A DNA stretch of 60,520 bases from Bacteroidota bacterium. GTDB taxonomy: Bacteria > Bacteroidota > Bacteroidia > Chitinophagales > Saprospiraceae. Location of the stretch: assembly GCA_011321935.1 (NCBI GenBank), contig DROJ01000138.1:1-60520 (forward strand). Reading direction: 5' to 3'. The notes beneath the pieces were generated by a model that worked only from the letters and a program-made list of their open reading frames with translations, was not told the DNA's origin and made no database searches. Both the position numbers and the translations under genes were made by a program. This document shows, piece by piece, positions 34,405-46,400 of the stretch. The first letter of the stretch is position 1; each line of letters begins with the position of its first letter.

Positions 34405-35709
34405 TTATTTCAAAATATAAACAGCCTGCAGCCGCCAATTAAAACGGTCGTTTTCTTTTAAAATAAAATCATTTGGAGATGGCATTTCGGCCACTCTTTT
34501 CAAAGCATATTGCGCCGACAGACCAAATGATAATTGTTTATTTACGCGATAACGGTAGCCGATTGACGGCGAAATATTGAATTTGGAAAAGCCCTCTTCG
34601 ACCAGCCATCCGGTTTCTGTCGGCACAAATTCTTTGGTCGGCGGCTCGCCCGGTATCCTTTCGTAATTGCCCGATTCCCCTCTCACGCCCATTAAATAAT
34701 CCAAATATATTCCGCCTTCCAAAAGGTGGTGCCTCTTTTGCCAGCCGGCCATAATAGGTGCGGATATATAATGCAAACTTGTGGGCCGCAATAATTTATT
34801 TTCCAGTTCCAGGCCAAAACGGTAATTCCTTTTTTCAGTTGTTTTGGAGGCATTAAAATGGCCGTCCTTTCTCATGTAATTAATGCCGCTCGATAAATAG
34901 ATGTGTTTATTCAAATCATATTGAAAAACAATTCCGGCAGAAAAACCAGTAATTATATTTTCCCCGGTTTTTGGCGCAGCCTGAAATAATTGCGAAGCAG
35001 TAAAAGCAATATGGAAGGGGTCTGGTTTAAAACAATTGTTTAAATAATCTTTGTCGGGGTTTAATGGGAGTTCAATGGTTTTTTTATTTTTTAAAATAGA
35101 AATATCCAGCATTGAGATATTGCCGATTGAATATTTTGTCCGCAAATTATCTTTCCCGTTTTTAATTTCTTTTTGGGCTGCAATTTTATTGGCCGGTATA
35201 TTTTTTATTTGTTCAATGTTTTTAGTTTCATCGTTTTTGTTGTTTATTTTATTAAAATTAGAAAGAGTGGATTTGCGTGTTTTGTTTGTGTGTTTTGGGT
35301 TTGCATTTATTGGTTTTGGGATAGCCTTATTATTGCTTTCTATTGCTGGTTTTTTATTTTCTTTTTTTATTGTTTCTGTCGGTGAAGGGGTCTTTTCTAT
35401 GTTTTTTAAATCAGGTGATGAAGTATTGTTTGGCTGTTGTTCGTTTAATTTATCGGTAATTATATTTTGCTTGTTTTCCTGTTCTTTTGCAATTGGATTA
35501 TTGGTGTCCTTATTTATAAAAAACAATATTGAAATTAGGGCAAGGGCTGCTATTGCCGCAGCACCCGTCCACCAGATCAATATACCTCTTTTTTTATTTT
35601 TTTCTTGTTTATCGAGCATGGCTTCGGCCTGCTCCCAATAAGCATCCTTCATCTCAAAAGTCCTATTGTCGAGATGTTCTTTAAAATATTTGTCGAGCTT
35701 ATTTTCCAT
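34405..35709 (-). CDS. anti-sigma-like membrane protein with Asn/Lys-rich linker and C-terminal outer-membrane beta-barrel (porin-family) domain
   Basis: Preferred start is ATG 35707-35709 (MENKLDKYFKEHL...); a GTG at 35742 overlaps the sigma stop. One TM (ILIWWTGAAAIAALALISILFF). The C-terminal part has alternating beta-strand patterns. It follows an ECF sigma gene. Confidence 0.7.
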   Translation of the reverse strand: MENKLDKYFKEHLDNRTFEMKDAYWEQAEAMLDKQEKNKKRGILIWWTGAAAIAALALISILFFINKDTNNPIAKEQENKQNIITDKLNEQQPNNTSSPDLKNIEKTPSPTETIKKENKKPAIESNNKAIPKPINANPKHTNKTRKSTLSNFNKINNKNDETKNIEQIKNIPANKIAAQKEIKNGKDNLRTKYSIGNISMLDISILKNKKTIELPLNPDKDYLNNCFKPDPFHIAFTASQLFQAAPKTGENIITGFSAGIVFQYDLNKHIYLSSGINYMRKDGHFNASKTTEKRNYRFGLELENKLLRPTSLHYISAPIMAGWQKRHHLLEGGIYLDYLMGVRGESGNYERIPGEPPTKEFVPTETGWLVEEGFSKFNISPSIGYRYRVNKQLSFGLSAQYALKRVAEMPSPNDFILKENDRFNWRLQAVYILK

Positions 35710-35738
35710 AATTATTCTATTTGACAAATAAACGATTT

Positions 35739-36311
35739 TCACCTTTCCTTGCTTTTAGAATACGCTTTGATGCCTTCTTTTTCGAGCATTGTTTTCAGCT
35801 TTTGCCGTGCTGAAGACAAGTGCCATTTGGAAGTGCCGTCGCTGATGTTCAATAGTTCCCCGATTTCTTTGTGGCTGTACCCGTCTATGGCAAAAAGGTT
35901 GAATACTTTCATGCTCATGGGCGGCAGTTGGCGGATCATTGCTTCCAGTTGAGAGGCATCAAATTGCAGGTCGGCAGTATTCAGTTCCACCATTCCTTTT
36001 TGGTTTTTGTGTTCCGTAAAATCCCTGCTCTCGATCAGTTCGTTCACCTTCCTGTTTTTCCTGAAATCGTCAATCAGCGTATTTATCATGATCCGCCTGA
36101 TCCATGCGTCAAAAGGCACTTCCGGTTTGTATTTTTCCAATTTTTGGATGACCTTCAAAAAGCCTTCGTTGACCATTGCCGCGGCTTCTTCCTCCGACCT
36201 CCGATAGCGCATGCAAACGCCCATCAAGACGTTGAAACAACGTTTGTACATCAGGAACTGCGCCCGTCTGTCGCCCTGCTCGGCATCATGTAGGAGTTGT
36301 TGGTCAATCAT
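35739..36311 (-). CDS. ECF-subfamily RNA polymerase sigma-70 factor
   Basis: 190 aa. Region 2 (FDAWIRRIMINTLIDDFRK) and region 4 HTH (GYSHKEIGELLNISDGTSKWHLSSARQKL). Confidence 0.9.
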   Translation of the reverse strand: MIDQQLLHDAEQGDRRAQFLMYKRCFNVLMGVCMRYRRSEEEAAAMVNEGFLKVIQKLEKYKPEVPFDAWIRRIMINTLIDDFRKNRKVNELIESRDFTEHKNQKGMVELNTADLQFDASQLEAMIRQLPPMSMKVFNLFAIDGYSHKEIGELLNISDGTSKWHLSSARQKLKTMLEKEGIKAYSKSKER

Positions 36312-36501
36312 TCGCTTTGAGCGATAATGGTGGATTTTTTTTGAAAAAACGACCGGGAACGAAAATCCCCGGCCGCCAAGGTCTGTATCTAAAGTTTAAG
36401 ATTTAAGGATTTCGGGTCAATTATCTGCCTTTCAAGACCATTCACGGATATTTTTTGGAAATGGTTGGGCGGGAGTGATTTTTTTTTGAATTTCACTTTT
36501 T

Positions 36502-36638
36502 GTAACTCCTGAGGTCTTTTGGGTTTTGGTAGCACAGCGTTCACGCTGTCCCGGTCACAGACGTTTACGTCTGTGCAAAGGAAAACCAGAGCAACGTGAA
36601 CGTTGTGCTATCGGCGCACAAGCATCCTGGGTAGTTCC
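36502..36638. mobile_element. 137-bp MITE of the GTAACT-terminus family
   Basis: gtaactcctgaggtc...cctgggtagttcc. The core ggtagcacagcg..ctgtcccggtcacagacgtttacgtctgtg is related to 27459-27616. A perfect 8-bp direct repeat CACTTTTT flanks it at 36494-36501 and 36639-36646. Confidence 0.75.
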
Positions 36639-36696
36639 CACTTTTTAATTTTTGTGCCACCGAAACCCGGTTCGGCAGCATAAACCAAATAAATTT

Positions 36697-37971
36697 ATGA
36701 AACCACTCGCCGACCGAATGCGCCCCAAAAACCTCGACGAATACGTTGGCCAAAAGCATTTGGTCGGGCAGGGCGCCGTGCTGCGCAAGGCCATCGAAAG
36801 CGGGCGGTTGCCGTCCATGATTTTATGGGGCCCACCGGGCGTTGGCAAGACCACTCTGGCCAGTATTATTTCCAAGCAATTGGAGCGGCCCTTCCATAAA
36901 TTGAGCGCCGTCAACTCCGGCGTGAAAGACGTGCGCGAAACGATCACCAAGGCCAGGAGCCAGCATTTTTTCAATGCCCCCAACCCCATCCTTTTTATTG
37001 ATGAAATACACCGGTTCAGCAAGTCGCAGCAGGACTCGCTGTTGGGCGCAGTGGAGGACGGAACGGTCACTTTGATCGGGGCGACGACGGAAAACCCCAG
37101 CTTCGAGGTCATCTCCGCACTGCTCTCCCGGGCACAGGTCTATGTGCTGGAACATTTGTCGAAAGAGGAGCTTATCTCGCTGATAGACAGGGCTTTGGCA
37201 GAGGACGAGTATTTGTCGGAAAAAGAAATAAAGGTCGAAGAATACGATGCGCTGCTGCTATTTTCAGGGGGCGATGCACGTAAATTGCTGAACGTGCTGG
37301 AGCTGGTTTCCAACTTGCAAAAAGGGGGCGGGCCGCTCGTCATCACCAACGAGCAGGTCAAAAATTCCATCCAGCAAAACCTCGCCATTTACGACAAAAG
37401 CGGCGAGATGCACTACGACATTGCGAGCGCCTTCATCAAGTCCATGCGGGGCAGCGACCCCAACGCCGCCGTTTACTGGTTGGCGAGGATGATCGAGGGC
37501 GGGGAGGACATCAAGTTCATCGCCCGGCGGATGATCATTTTTGCCGCAGAAGACATCGGCCTCGCCAACCCCAACGCACTGCTCATGGCCACCACTTGCC
37601 ACACCGCAGCGACGACTGTCGGTTTGCCGGAGGCGAGGATCATTTTGTCGCAGGCGGTGGTCTATCTGGCCACTTCGCCCAAAAGCAATTCGACGTACAT
37701 GGCCATCAAAAAAGCGCAAAAACTGGTCAGGGAAACGGGCAACCTCCCCGTGCCGCTCCACATCCGCAACGCACCCACCAAGCTGATGAAAAACCTCGAT
37801 TACGGCAAAGGCTACGAGTATGCCCACGATTTTGAAAAGAACTTTTCGGAGCAAGAATTTTTGCCAAAAGAAATCAGCGGAACGCCCTTTTATGCCCCCT
37901 CCGAAAATGCGCCGGAAAAGAAACTCCGGCAGTGGCTGCGGGAGCGTTGGAAGGAGAAATACGGGTATTGA
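36697..37971 (+). CDS. rarA: replication-associated recombination protein A (AAA+ ATPase)
   Basis: Trimmed to ATG 36697. MKPLADRMRPKNLDEYVGQKHL, Walker A GPPGVGKTT, Walker B ILFIDEIHRF, and the MgsA C-terminal YDIASAFIKSMRGSDPNAAVYWLARM. Confidence 0.9.
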   Translation: MKPLADRMRPKNLDEYVGQKHLVGQGAVLRKAIESGRLPSMILWGPPGVGKTTLASIISKQLERPFHKLSAVNSGVKDVRETITKARSQHFFNAPNPILFIDEIHRFSKSQQDSLLGAVEDGTVTLIGATTENPSFEVISALLSRAQVYVLEHLSKEELISLIDRALAEDEYLSEKEIKVEEYDALLLFSGGDARKLLNVLELVSNLQKGGGPLVITNEQVKNSIQQNLAIYDKSGEMHYDIASAFIKSMRGSDPNAAVYWLARMIEGGEDIKFIARRMIIFAAEDIGLANPNALLMATTCHTAATTVGLPEARIILSQAVVYLATSPKSNSTYMAIKKAQKLVRETGNLPVPLHIRNAPTKLMKNLDYGKGYEYAHDFEKNFSEQEFLPKEISGTPFYAPSENAPEKKLRQWLRERWKEKYGY

Positions 37972-38277
37972 GCAGCGTGTTTTCCGACCCAATCCGGGAG
38001 CAGGGCTGCGCAATAAATGCGGCCCCCTTGCCCTGAAAGCGTTCTGTTAAAAAAAAGCAAAATGTATTGCAGCCCGCAAAAAAAGAATTGGGATAATCAT
38101 TAATTCTGCTAACTTTACTGGCACTTCAATCAAACATCCTGTTTTTTTCGTTCGCTAAATTTTAAATTGGAAACAACAAAGCCCGCAGATGGGCAAGCTA
38201 AGATTGCCCTTTTCATTTCAAGGCAAAAATTACTTTTTGAAATAAAACCCAATGCTCGCTAATTAAAATTTTACGTT

Positions 38278-41200
38278 ATGAAATCTCTAATGCTACCTCC
38301 TCTCTTCTTCCTTTTGTTTTCCGCTGTTTTTTCACAAAAAGCGTTTTCCCAGTTCGCCGCTGTCGGCCACCGGCACGAACATGCCGGCGGGCCCTTGAAT
38401 TTTATAGAAAACAAAAACCAATGGGACAAAAGCGTTTTGTTCAAAACCAATTTTGAGGGGGCCAACACCATTTTCATCCAACGGCAGGGCTTTACCTTTT
38501 TAATGGCCGACCCCGCCGATATTGAAAAAATGAACCTTGCACACAAAACTTCCGCAGGGGGGCAAAAAAACATAACCATCCACCAACATGCCTACCGGGT
38601 AGATTTTTTGGGGAGCAGCATTTCGGAAGGCAAGGGCATTGCCGAGCGATCGGTTTACCACAATTATTTTTTGGGAAACGACCCCGCCAAATGGAGCGGC
38701 CACGTCCGTCTTTTTGGCAAGGTCAGGCAGGAAAACATTTACCCCGGCATCCACCTCGAAACGTACAGCCAAAGCGGACACCTGAAATACGATTTCATTG
38801 TTTCACCGGGCAGCGACCCTTCTTTGCTGCGGTTAAAATATACGGGGGCTGAGCAATTGCAACTCGTCGCAGGAGACCTCGAAGTCCATACTTCCATCGG
38901 CAAAATCACCGAACTGAACCCAGTGGCCTACCAAGAAACCGATGGCAAAAGAGTGGCCGTTCCTTGCTATTTTCAACTAAATAATGAGGTCGTATCTTAC
39001 ACGTTCCCAGAGGGTTATGATGAAACCAAAGCGCTGGTCATTGACCCGACCCTCATCGCTTCTACCTTGACGGGCACCACGGGCAGCAGCAATTCTTATG
39101 GCAATTTTGGCCACTCGGCCACTTTCGACAACGGCGGGAATATTTATGCCGCAGGCATTTCGTTTGTCTCGACTTTCCCGGCCACTACCGGGGCATTCCA
39201 AACCTATAATGGCGGGGGCGACAACGATATTGCCATCGTCAAATACAACCCCGATGGCACCAATTTGATCTATGCCACTTACATCGGTGGCGGCGGCGCT
39301 GATTACCCGCACAGCCTCATTACTGACTTCAACCAACAGCTCTATATTTATGGCTCAACCAATTCTATGAACTACCCAGTCACTGCCAATGCTTTTCAAA
39401 AAAGCAACGCGGGAGGCCGGGAAATAGTCGTGACGATCTTGAACCAGGACGGGTCGGCTTTGGTCGGTTCGAGTTATTTTGGCGGCAGCGGCGACGATGG
39501 CTACAATGAAAATTTTTCCATGCCCACGCATAGCTACGGCGATGAGTTTCGGGGGGAGATCGTCATTGACGGGCAGAACAATGTCTATGTGGTGAGCAAT
39601 ACGCAGTCCTTTAATTTTCCGGCAACTTCAAACGCATTCGCTACTTCATTGAACAATAATGGGTTTGTCCGGCAAGATGCGGTTGTTTTTAAATCCAACA
39701 GCGACCTGTCTCTTTTGTATTGGGCAACTTATTTGGGCGGCTCCGACCTGGATTCGGGCAATGGCATCCGGGTAGATGAGAACCTCGATGTTTATGTGAC
39801 CGGAACGGCAGGCGAGGGCAACTTCCCGACTACGCCCGGAACGGTGCAGCCCAATTGGCCGGGCGGCGATGAGTCGGGTTATTTGGCGAAGCTGTCGGCA
39901 GATGGCTCGACGCTTTTGGCTTCTACTTTTTTTGGCACCAATGCCGACGACAATTCTTATTTTTTGGATATTGACGAGGACGACCAAATCCATATTTTTG
40001 GTAAAACAAAAGGCAGTATCGCGGTCAGTCCAGCGGGCACTTACTCGGGGGCGCCCGGCAGCAACCAGTTTTTGGCTGCTTTCAGCAACGACCTGACGAG
40101 TACGGTCTATCGGACAGTGGTCGGCAATGGGCCTAATTTGTTTGGATATGATTTTGTGCCGGTGGCTTTCATGGTGGACAAGTGCAACGGCATTTATTTT
40201 TCGGGCTACAGGGCTGGGCCGGGGCTGCCGACCACTGCGGGCTCTTTTCCAGACATAGCGGTTGGGCCACCTGACTTTTACCTCGGTGTGCTTACCCCGC
40301 TTGCCCAGCAACTCAAATATGCAACCTACTATGGCGAGGCCGACCATGTGGACGGGGGCACCAGCCGTTTCGACAAGGGCGGGGTCATTTATCAAGGGGT
40401 CTGCTCTTGCCAATGGCCTTCCGACCCCAACGTGCTGACCACCCTGCCCAATGCCTGGGCAACCAGCCAACAGACGGGCTGCGACCTCGGCGTTTTTAAA
40501 CTGGACCTCGAAATAGAAGCCATCAACGCCAACGGCATTGCCCTGCCTGCTACTGCGGGCTGCGCGCCCTTCGATGTTGATTTTAAATTTACCGGCACCA
40601 ATGCCACCGAGTTTGAATGGTCAATTGACCAGGCGGTTGTCAGCAACCTGCCCGACCACAGCTATACTTTCAATGAGCCGGGCGTTTACCAAGTGCAGTT
40701 GGCGGTGGCCAACCCCACGGCCTGCAACCCGAGGGATACTTTTAATTTGGAAATCGTGGTGCTGGAAGGGGAGTCCACATTGACCGATACGGCCTTCTGT
40801 GCAGGGGATGAACTGTTTTTGGATGCCACTACCCCGAATGCTGTTTATACTTGGCAAAATGGTTCGACCGCTGCATCTTTTGTGGTGCAGCAACCGGGGA
40901 CTTACTGGGTGGACATTGATATTGGCGGCTGTGCCAGAAGGGATTCTTTCGTCGTAAGCCCCAACACGGACGTGGTGCTTGACCTCGGCCCCGACACCTC
41001 TTTTTGCGATGTGAACAGCTTTGTGATAAATGCTGCCCAGCCCGGAATAGTGAGCTTTCTGTGGCAGGACGGAAGCAATGCCCCCACCTTTACCGCTACC
41101 GATGACGGCCTTTATTCCGTCTTCGGCATAGACACGAGCGGCTGTACGGTCGCCGATGAAATTGAACTGGTTTTTGGGCAAACGCCCTCCCTTGACCTCG

Positions 41201-42387
41201 GCCCTGATGAACTGTTGTGCGGCGGCGAAACATTGACCCTGAACCCTGACCTGCAGGGAAGCCAAGCCCTTTGGCAAGATGGCTCGACCAGTGCTACCTT
41301 TCAAATAAACAGCCCGGGAACGTACTGGCTTCAGTTGGACAACGACGGCTGTCTGGCCGCTGATACCATCAACATCAATTATTACCCAGACATTGAAGCC
41401 AACACTTCTGCCAGCTCGATTGTCTGTGCCAGCGACTGCAACGGAACTGTTTCCACAAACCCTTCGGGCGGTTCGGGCACGGGCTTCTCGATCCAATGGA
41501 GCAACGGGGCAACCCAACCTGAACTTGCTGGCCTTTGCCCTGGCCCCTACACTGTAACTATCACAGATTCAAATGATTGTACCGTTGAGGAGACGGCTGT
41601 CGTGAACGCACCGCCATTGCTCGAAATGGTTTTGGACTTCGACAACGTGACTTGTGCAGGAGACATGGACGGTGCTGTTCAAGCACTCGTAACAGGTGGG
41701 CTTGCCCCGTACCGTTACTCTTTCAACGGTGGTGGCTTTACCAGTCTAAACGGCATTTTCCAACTGTCGGGAGGTGTTTACGATGTCCTTGTGGTGGATA
41801 GTCTTGGCTGCTCCGTTTCCGAGTCCGTTACCATCGGCGAGCCCGGTTTTTTTTCTATAGATGCTGGGCCAGACCAATTGCTGGACCTCGGGGAATCCAC
41901 CGAGTTGAACGGGGTGGTACTGCCTTTCAACGGGCAGGTCATCGCTTGGACGCCCCCCGATTTTCTGGATTGTACCGATTGCTTGGCCCCTTCCCTTTGT
42001 CCTACGCAAACCACGCAATACCTGTTGACCGTTACGGATCCAGCTTCCGGCTGCTTTCTGACCGATTCGGTCTTAGTGACGGTGGACAAGAAAAGAAGAA
42101 TCTACATCCCGAACGCCTTTTCTCCGAACGACGACGGGGTGAACGATTTTTTCACTGTTTTTGCAGGCATCGGCGTGCTGGAAATTTCCGAATTCAAAGT
42201 TTTCGACCGATGGGGCGAACTGGTTTTTGAAAATTATAATTTCCAGCCAAACGATGTGACGCAAGGTTGGGACGGCACCTTGAAAGGGGAGGATATGAAC
42301 CCCGCCGTTTTTGTTTATTTTGTGAAAGTGCTTTTCAAGGATGAAGAAACCCTGTTTTATGAGGGGGATATTCATTTGTTGAGGTGA
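38278..42387 (+). CDS. T9SS type B cargo: SBBP beta-propeller repeats, PKD-like and SprB repeats, CHU_C-type C-terminal domain
   Basis: 1369 aa with a signal peptide. SBBP-like GG.G.D.G..I.VD....VYV.G.T....FP.T motifs. SprB-repeat cysteine modules. C-terminus IYIPNAFSPNDDGVNDFFTVF...FDRWGELVF...WDGTLKGE. Confidence 0.85.
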   Translation: MKSLMLPPLFFLLFSAVFSQKAFSQFAAVGHRHEHAGGPLNFIENKNQWDKSVLFKTNFEGANTIFIQRQGFTFLMADPADIEKMNLAHKTSAGGQKNITIHQHAYRVDFLGSSISEGKGIAERSVYHNYFLGNDPAKWSGHVRLFGKVRQENIYPGIHLETYSQSGHLKYDFIVSPGSDPSLLRLKYTGAEQLQLVAGDLEVHTSIGKITELNPVAYQETDGKRVAVPCYFQLNNEVVSYTFPEGYDETKALVIDPTLIASTLTGTTGSSNSYGNFGHSATFDNGGNIYAAGISFVSTFPATTGAFQTYNGGGDNDIAIVKYNPDGTNLIYATYIGGGGADYPHSLITDFNQQLYIYGSTNSMNYPVTANAFQKSNAGGREIVVTILNQDGSALVGSSYFGGSGDDGYNENFSMPTHSYGDEFRGEIVIDGQNNVYVVSNTQSFNFPATSNAFATSLNNNGFVRQDAVVFKSNSDLSLLYWATYLGGSDLDSGNGIRVDENLDVYVTGTAGEGNFPTTPGTVQPNWPGGDESGYLAKLSADGSTLLASTFFGTNADDNSYFLDIDEDDQIHIFGKTKGSIAVSPAGTYSGAPGSNQFLAAFSNDLTSTVYRTVVGNGPNLFGYDFVPVAFMVDKCNGIYFSGYRAGPGLPTTAGSFPDIAVGPPDFYLGVLTPLAQQLKYATYYGEADHVDGGTSRFDKGGVIYQGVCSCQWPSDPNVLTTLPNAWATSQQTGCDLGVFKLDLEIEAINANGIALPATAGCAPFDVDFKFTGTNATEFEWSIDQAVVSNLPDHSYTFNEPGVYQVQLAVANPTACNPRDTFNLEIVVLEGESTLTDTAFCAGDELFLDATTPNAVYTWQNGSTAASFVVQQPGTYWVDIDIGGCARRDSFVVSPNTDVVLDLGPDTSFCDVNSFVINAAQPGIVSFLWQDGSNAPTFTATDDGLYSVFGIDTSGCTVADEIELVFGQTPSLDLGPDELLCGGETLTLNPDLQGSQALWQDGSTSATFQINSPGTYWLQLDNDGCLAADTININYYPDIEANTSASSIVCASDCNGTVSTNPSGGSGTGFSIQWSNGATQPELAGLCPGPYTVTITDSNDCTVEETAVVNAPPLLEMVLDFDNVTCAGDMDGAVQALVTGGLAPYRYSFNGGGFTSLNGIFQLSGGVYDVLVVDSLGCSVSESVTIGEPGFFSIDAGPDQLLDLGESTELNGVVLPFNGQVIAWTPPDFLDCTDCLAPSLCPTQTTQYLLTVTDPASGCFLTDSVLVTVDKKRRIYIPNAFSPNDDGVNDFFTVFAGIGVLEISEFKVFDRWGELVFENYNFQPNDVTQGWDGTLKGEDMNPAVFVYFVKVLFKDEETLFYEGDIHLLR

Positions 42388-42487
42388 TGCCCTCGCTGTA
42401 TAAATCCCTCGCTATGAAATGTCGTCCCACGGTGTTAATTTTGATGTGATTATTCAAACACCTTCCCCAAGCCCCCGTCTCCGCTCC

Positions 42488-42612
42488 CTTGTTCCCGATT
42501 TTCGGGACAGGCTATCCTGTAAGGATCTGTTCACGTTAGAGCGGCTGCCATAGCTGCACTTCTAACGTGAACAGGTCTTTTCAAGATAGCCTGTCCCGAA
42601 AATCGGGAACAA
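42488..42612. repeat. 125-bp palindrome, CTTGTTCCCGATTTTCGGGACAGGCTATC family
   Basis: Near-identical arms to 23390-23519. It is preceded by a cccccgtctccg fragment of the GGGAAT family. Confidence 0.85.
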
Positions 42613-43400
42613 TGGTGGGGCGCATGGGCGCATTAAAAATTAATTTTATAACATTTATTTACTTGTATGCACAATATAACTTGGCATAACAATTGCCAAA
42701 AGTTTTCTGTCCTCCCAAAATTTCTCCTCCCCGTATTCTTCCCCCTTATCACAGCAAACATTTAAAGTGCCGAAATCCGACACAAAAACTTGAGCAAATT
42801 ACCGTAGATGAAGAAATTTTACTTCTCTTCCATATTTGATTCTTTTCATGCCCACAGGGCGTGTTCCCAAATCCTTTTCATATTCAATTTACAGGAACCT
42901 GAAAATAGGCCCCAAATGATGACCGCAAGGTTTATTGCCATTTAATACAGGTTCCCCAACATTCATTTTCACCCCCTTCTCACAATGACTTGACGCTCAT
43001 TGTGCGGGACTGGTTTTGCCTCAAACTCATTTGAAAAAAGTGGAAAACAGCAACAGGCGGTGATCGGAAAAAATGAGTGGTCAATACAAAGAGAGCATAT
43101 CGCAAGAGTTGGCAAGTAGGAATATTTCAAAAGCAAAATAAAATTATTACCGACTGTTTATCAGTACCGTTTTTGATTTTCATTTTGAATTTTCCTCCGA
43201 CATGCCGGCTTGTGTTATATAAAGAAATTTTGGGTTTATAGTGTTTTTTCGGGCAGTTACTTCGGCTGGGCAACATTGGTTGACCGGCCGAAATGCCCTT
43301 TTTTTCCGAAGACAATTAAGCCCGCCAGTCCCTCCCACCTTGATTTTGCAATCAAATTAATAAGTCCATATTACTTAAATCATTTAAAACAAAGAAGATT

Positions 43401-46400
43401 ATGTACAGATCCAACATTTACCCTAAACTGATACTGCTGGTATCGTTCATGGCGATGGGGTTAGGCTCGGCTTTCGCACAGCTTGAGTTCAAACTGCAGC
43501 TCATGGACGACGATACCTGGGGTGTCTATGTCAAACCGGTGGGCATAACGCCTTCCACAACCACCATTACCGGCTCGGGGCAGGTTACCCTTGTCACGCC
43601 TGATGATTTCACCTATAGTGGCCTTACTAGCCTTGCTGGCCTCTGGCAGGAAAATGCAGTGGTAACAGGTCCTATTGAAAATCCAACAAGAAAATATATT
43701 TCTTTTGGTATGCTACAGGCAGAGCCGAGTTATCCTATCCCACTACAAGCAGGAGAGGAAACTTTGCTGTTTACTATTGATCGAATTGGAGATTGTCCTG
43801 ACACTCTTCACCTGATTGATTGTGGTACGCCGACACCGACAGACCCTTTCTGTCCACCGAACTCCGAGACCTCAAACCCAGGGAACGACCTCTCGGTGAT
43901 TGACTTCGGGGCGGGTACGGCCTTTTATTATTTCACCGACATCTACGCGCCCTCTGCATGGAGCTGCCACGATTGCGATGGCGACGGCATCCTCAACGGC
44001 CTCGAAGATACCAACGGTAACGGTACCTTCGATCCCGGCATTGACAGCTCGGCGATGTGCGACCCCTGCGATCCTTACCATATACAATCGGCGACGCTGG
44101 ACTTTGTGGGCGGCGCCAATGAAATATGTGCCGGCGATGCGCTGGATACGGCTTATCTGGTCGTAACCATTACCAACGTGACCGGCCCGCCTCAATCTGA
44201 TGATCTTGGTTGGGATCCCTTTACCATACAATATACAAACGGTACGGATACTTTTACTGTCGCCAATTACGCAAGCGGCGACTCGATAGCCGTGGTGCCA
44301 ACCGCGACCGATACTTACTCTTTGGTTATGGTTACCGACTCGTTCAGTTGTGAGCCGCCAGCCGACTCGCTGATGGGCGATATTACCATTTCGGTGAACG
44401 GGCCTCTTACCATTACCACTGACCCTTCTGATGTGACGGAGTGTTCGGAAGACGGAACAACTTTCACCGCAGCTTATAATAATGCAGGCGACGGAACGGT
44501 CTCTCAACTTTGGCAGATCAGTACCGACGGAGGTGCTACTTATGTTGACCTACAAGATGGCGCCCCATATGACGACACTGACTCATTGACGATGAGCATC
44601 AACCCGACGGCAGGGCTGCACGGCATGTATTACCGGATGAAAATCTGGACGCCTGTCTGTGATACGGTCTATTCTGCCGGGGCGCAATTGCTGGTAGAAG
44701 GGCCTTTGTCCGTTACTACCGATCCCGTTGAGTATATTGTCTGCGACGGCTCAGCTGCTACTTTTTCTGCTGCTGGCGCAAATGCCGGTGCAGTAGGTAC
44801 GCTTCAGTATCAGTGGCAGGTTTCAACGGACAGTGGAAGTACCTGGTCAGATGTTTCAGCAGGCGCTGTTTACAGCAATGTGACCACGACTACGCTCACT
44901 GTCAATGCGGTGGTCGGCATGGACGGCTACCTTTATAGGATGGCCATTTATACCAATACCTGTAACCGCATTTTTACCGCTTCCGCAAATCTGGATGTAG
45001 AAGGCCCCATCACCGTGACCGACCAACCTGACGATGTATCCAATTGCTCTGGAAACGAGGTGTTCTTCATTACGACATACACCAATCCGGGAGGAGCAGT
45101 TTCCACAACCCAATGGGAAGTAAACGATGGTTCCGGTTGGGATCCGGTGACTGGAACAGGTGTTTATACTGGCATCGTTGATACTAATCTATCAGCAGTA
45201 GCAATTGATACTTTGACCATCACCAATGTAGAAGGCCTGAACGGCAACCAATACCGCTTGGCCATCAGTACGGGTACTTGTACCACCGTTTATTCAAATG
45301 CAGCCACCCTCGACGTGAGCGGTTCAGTTACTTTCACGCAGCAACCACCTTTCGATCCGATCAATGTTTGTGCTGGCTCTGATACTATTATCGTTGCTTG
45401 TGCATCTATCCCACAGGGCAGCTTCTCTTTCGCTTGGGAATATTCTACCGATGGAGGAGCAACATGGAATACACTGAACATTGCTGGTGACCCGGCTTAC
45501 GACCAAAGCTCCAACGGAGCTTCCATGTCGTCGGGTTGCGATACCCTGATTATCAATGATGCCACTGGCCTTGAATATACCTGGTACCGCGCCGTAGCCG
45601 TGGCCACTGATTGTATCAACGTTACTTCCGACGAAGCCCGATTGATCGTTGAAGGGCCGCTTTCGGTCAATACCGATCCAGTGGATGTGGTTATCTGTTC
45701 TGGTGACCCGGTTGAGTTCAGTGCAGCGATAGACAATGCAGGTGATTCGACCGCAGTAATCCAGTACCAATGGCAGGTAAGTTTGGATAATACCAACTGG
45801 TTGGACATTGGGATCAACAGTACCCAATATGGAGGTATCAACACCACTACTTTATTGGTGTCGGATGTAGCTGGCCTGCACGACAACTACTACCGGATGT
45901 CGGCTACGACCAGTGATTGTGGGTTTATTTATACCGCATCAGCCCACTTGACAGTCGAAGGGCCGATCACCATCACCCAGCAGCCATCCGATTCGACGCT
46001 TTGTTACAACGACCAAGCATCCTTCACTTCGACCGCAAATGTTGGTACAGCAGGTACCCTGAGCTACCAATGGCAAGTATCTTCTGACAATACCAACTGG
46101 ACAGATATAGGAGTGGCAACAGATGGTGGTGTTTATACGGGTTACAATACGACTACTTTGAACGTGACGGATGTAACAGGCTTGTACAACCGTTGCTACC
46201 GCATGGCCTTTACTACTGGTCAATGTTTGGAAGTATATTCTGACCCGGCATGTTTGAATATTCAAGGGCCGTTTTCTATCGATAACCAGCCGGATGATAT
46301 TACCGAATGTTCTGGTGATCCAGTTTCGTTTTATGTGGGTGTAGCAGAAAGTCCTTTAAATACCGACTATGTAACTGATACCACTCACTTTGTATATCAA

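Noticed and set aside
42613-43400. Hidden gene or RNA in the ~790-bp gap before the 2098-aa gene
   Set aside because: There is no ORF over 73 aa, and I could recognise no structured-RNA signature or repeat. It is left unannotated rather than called.
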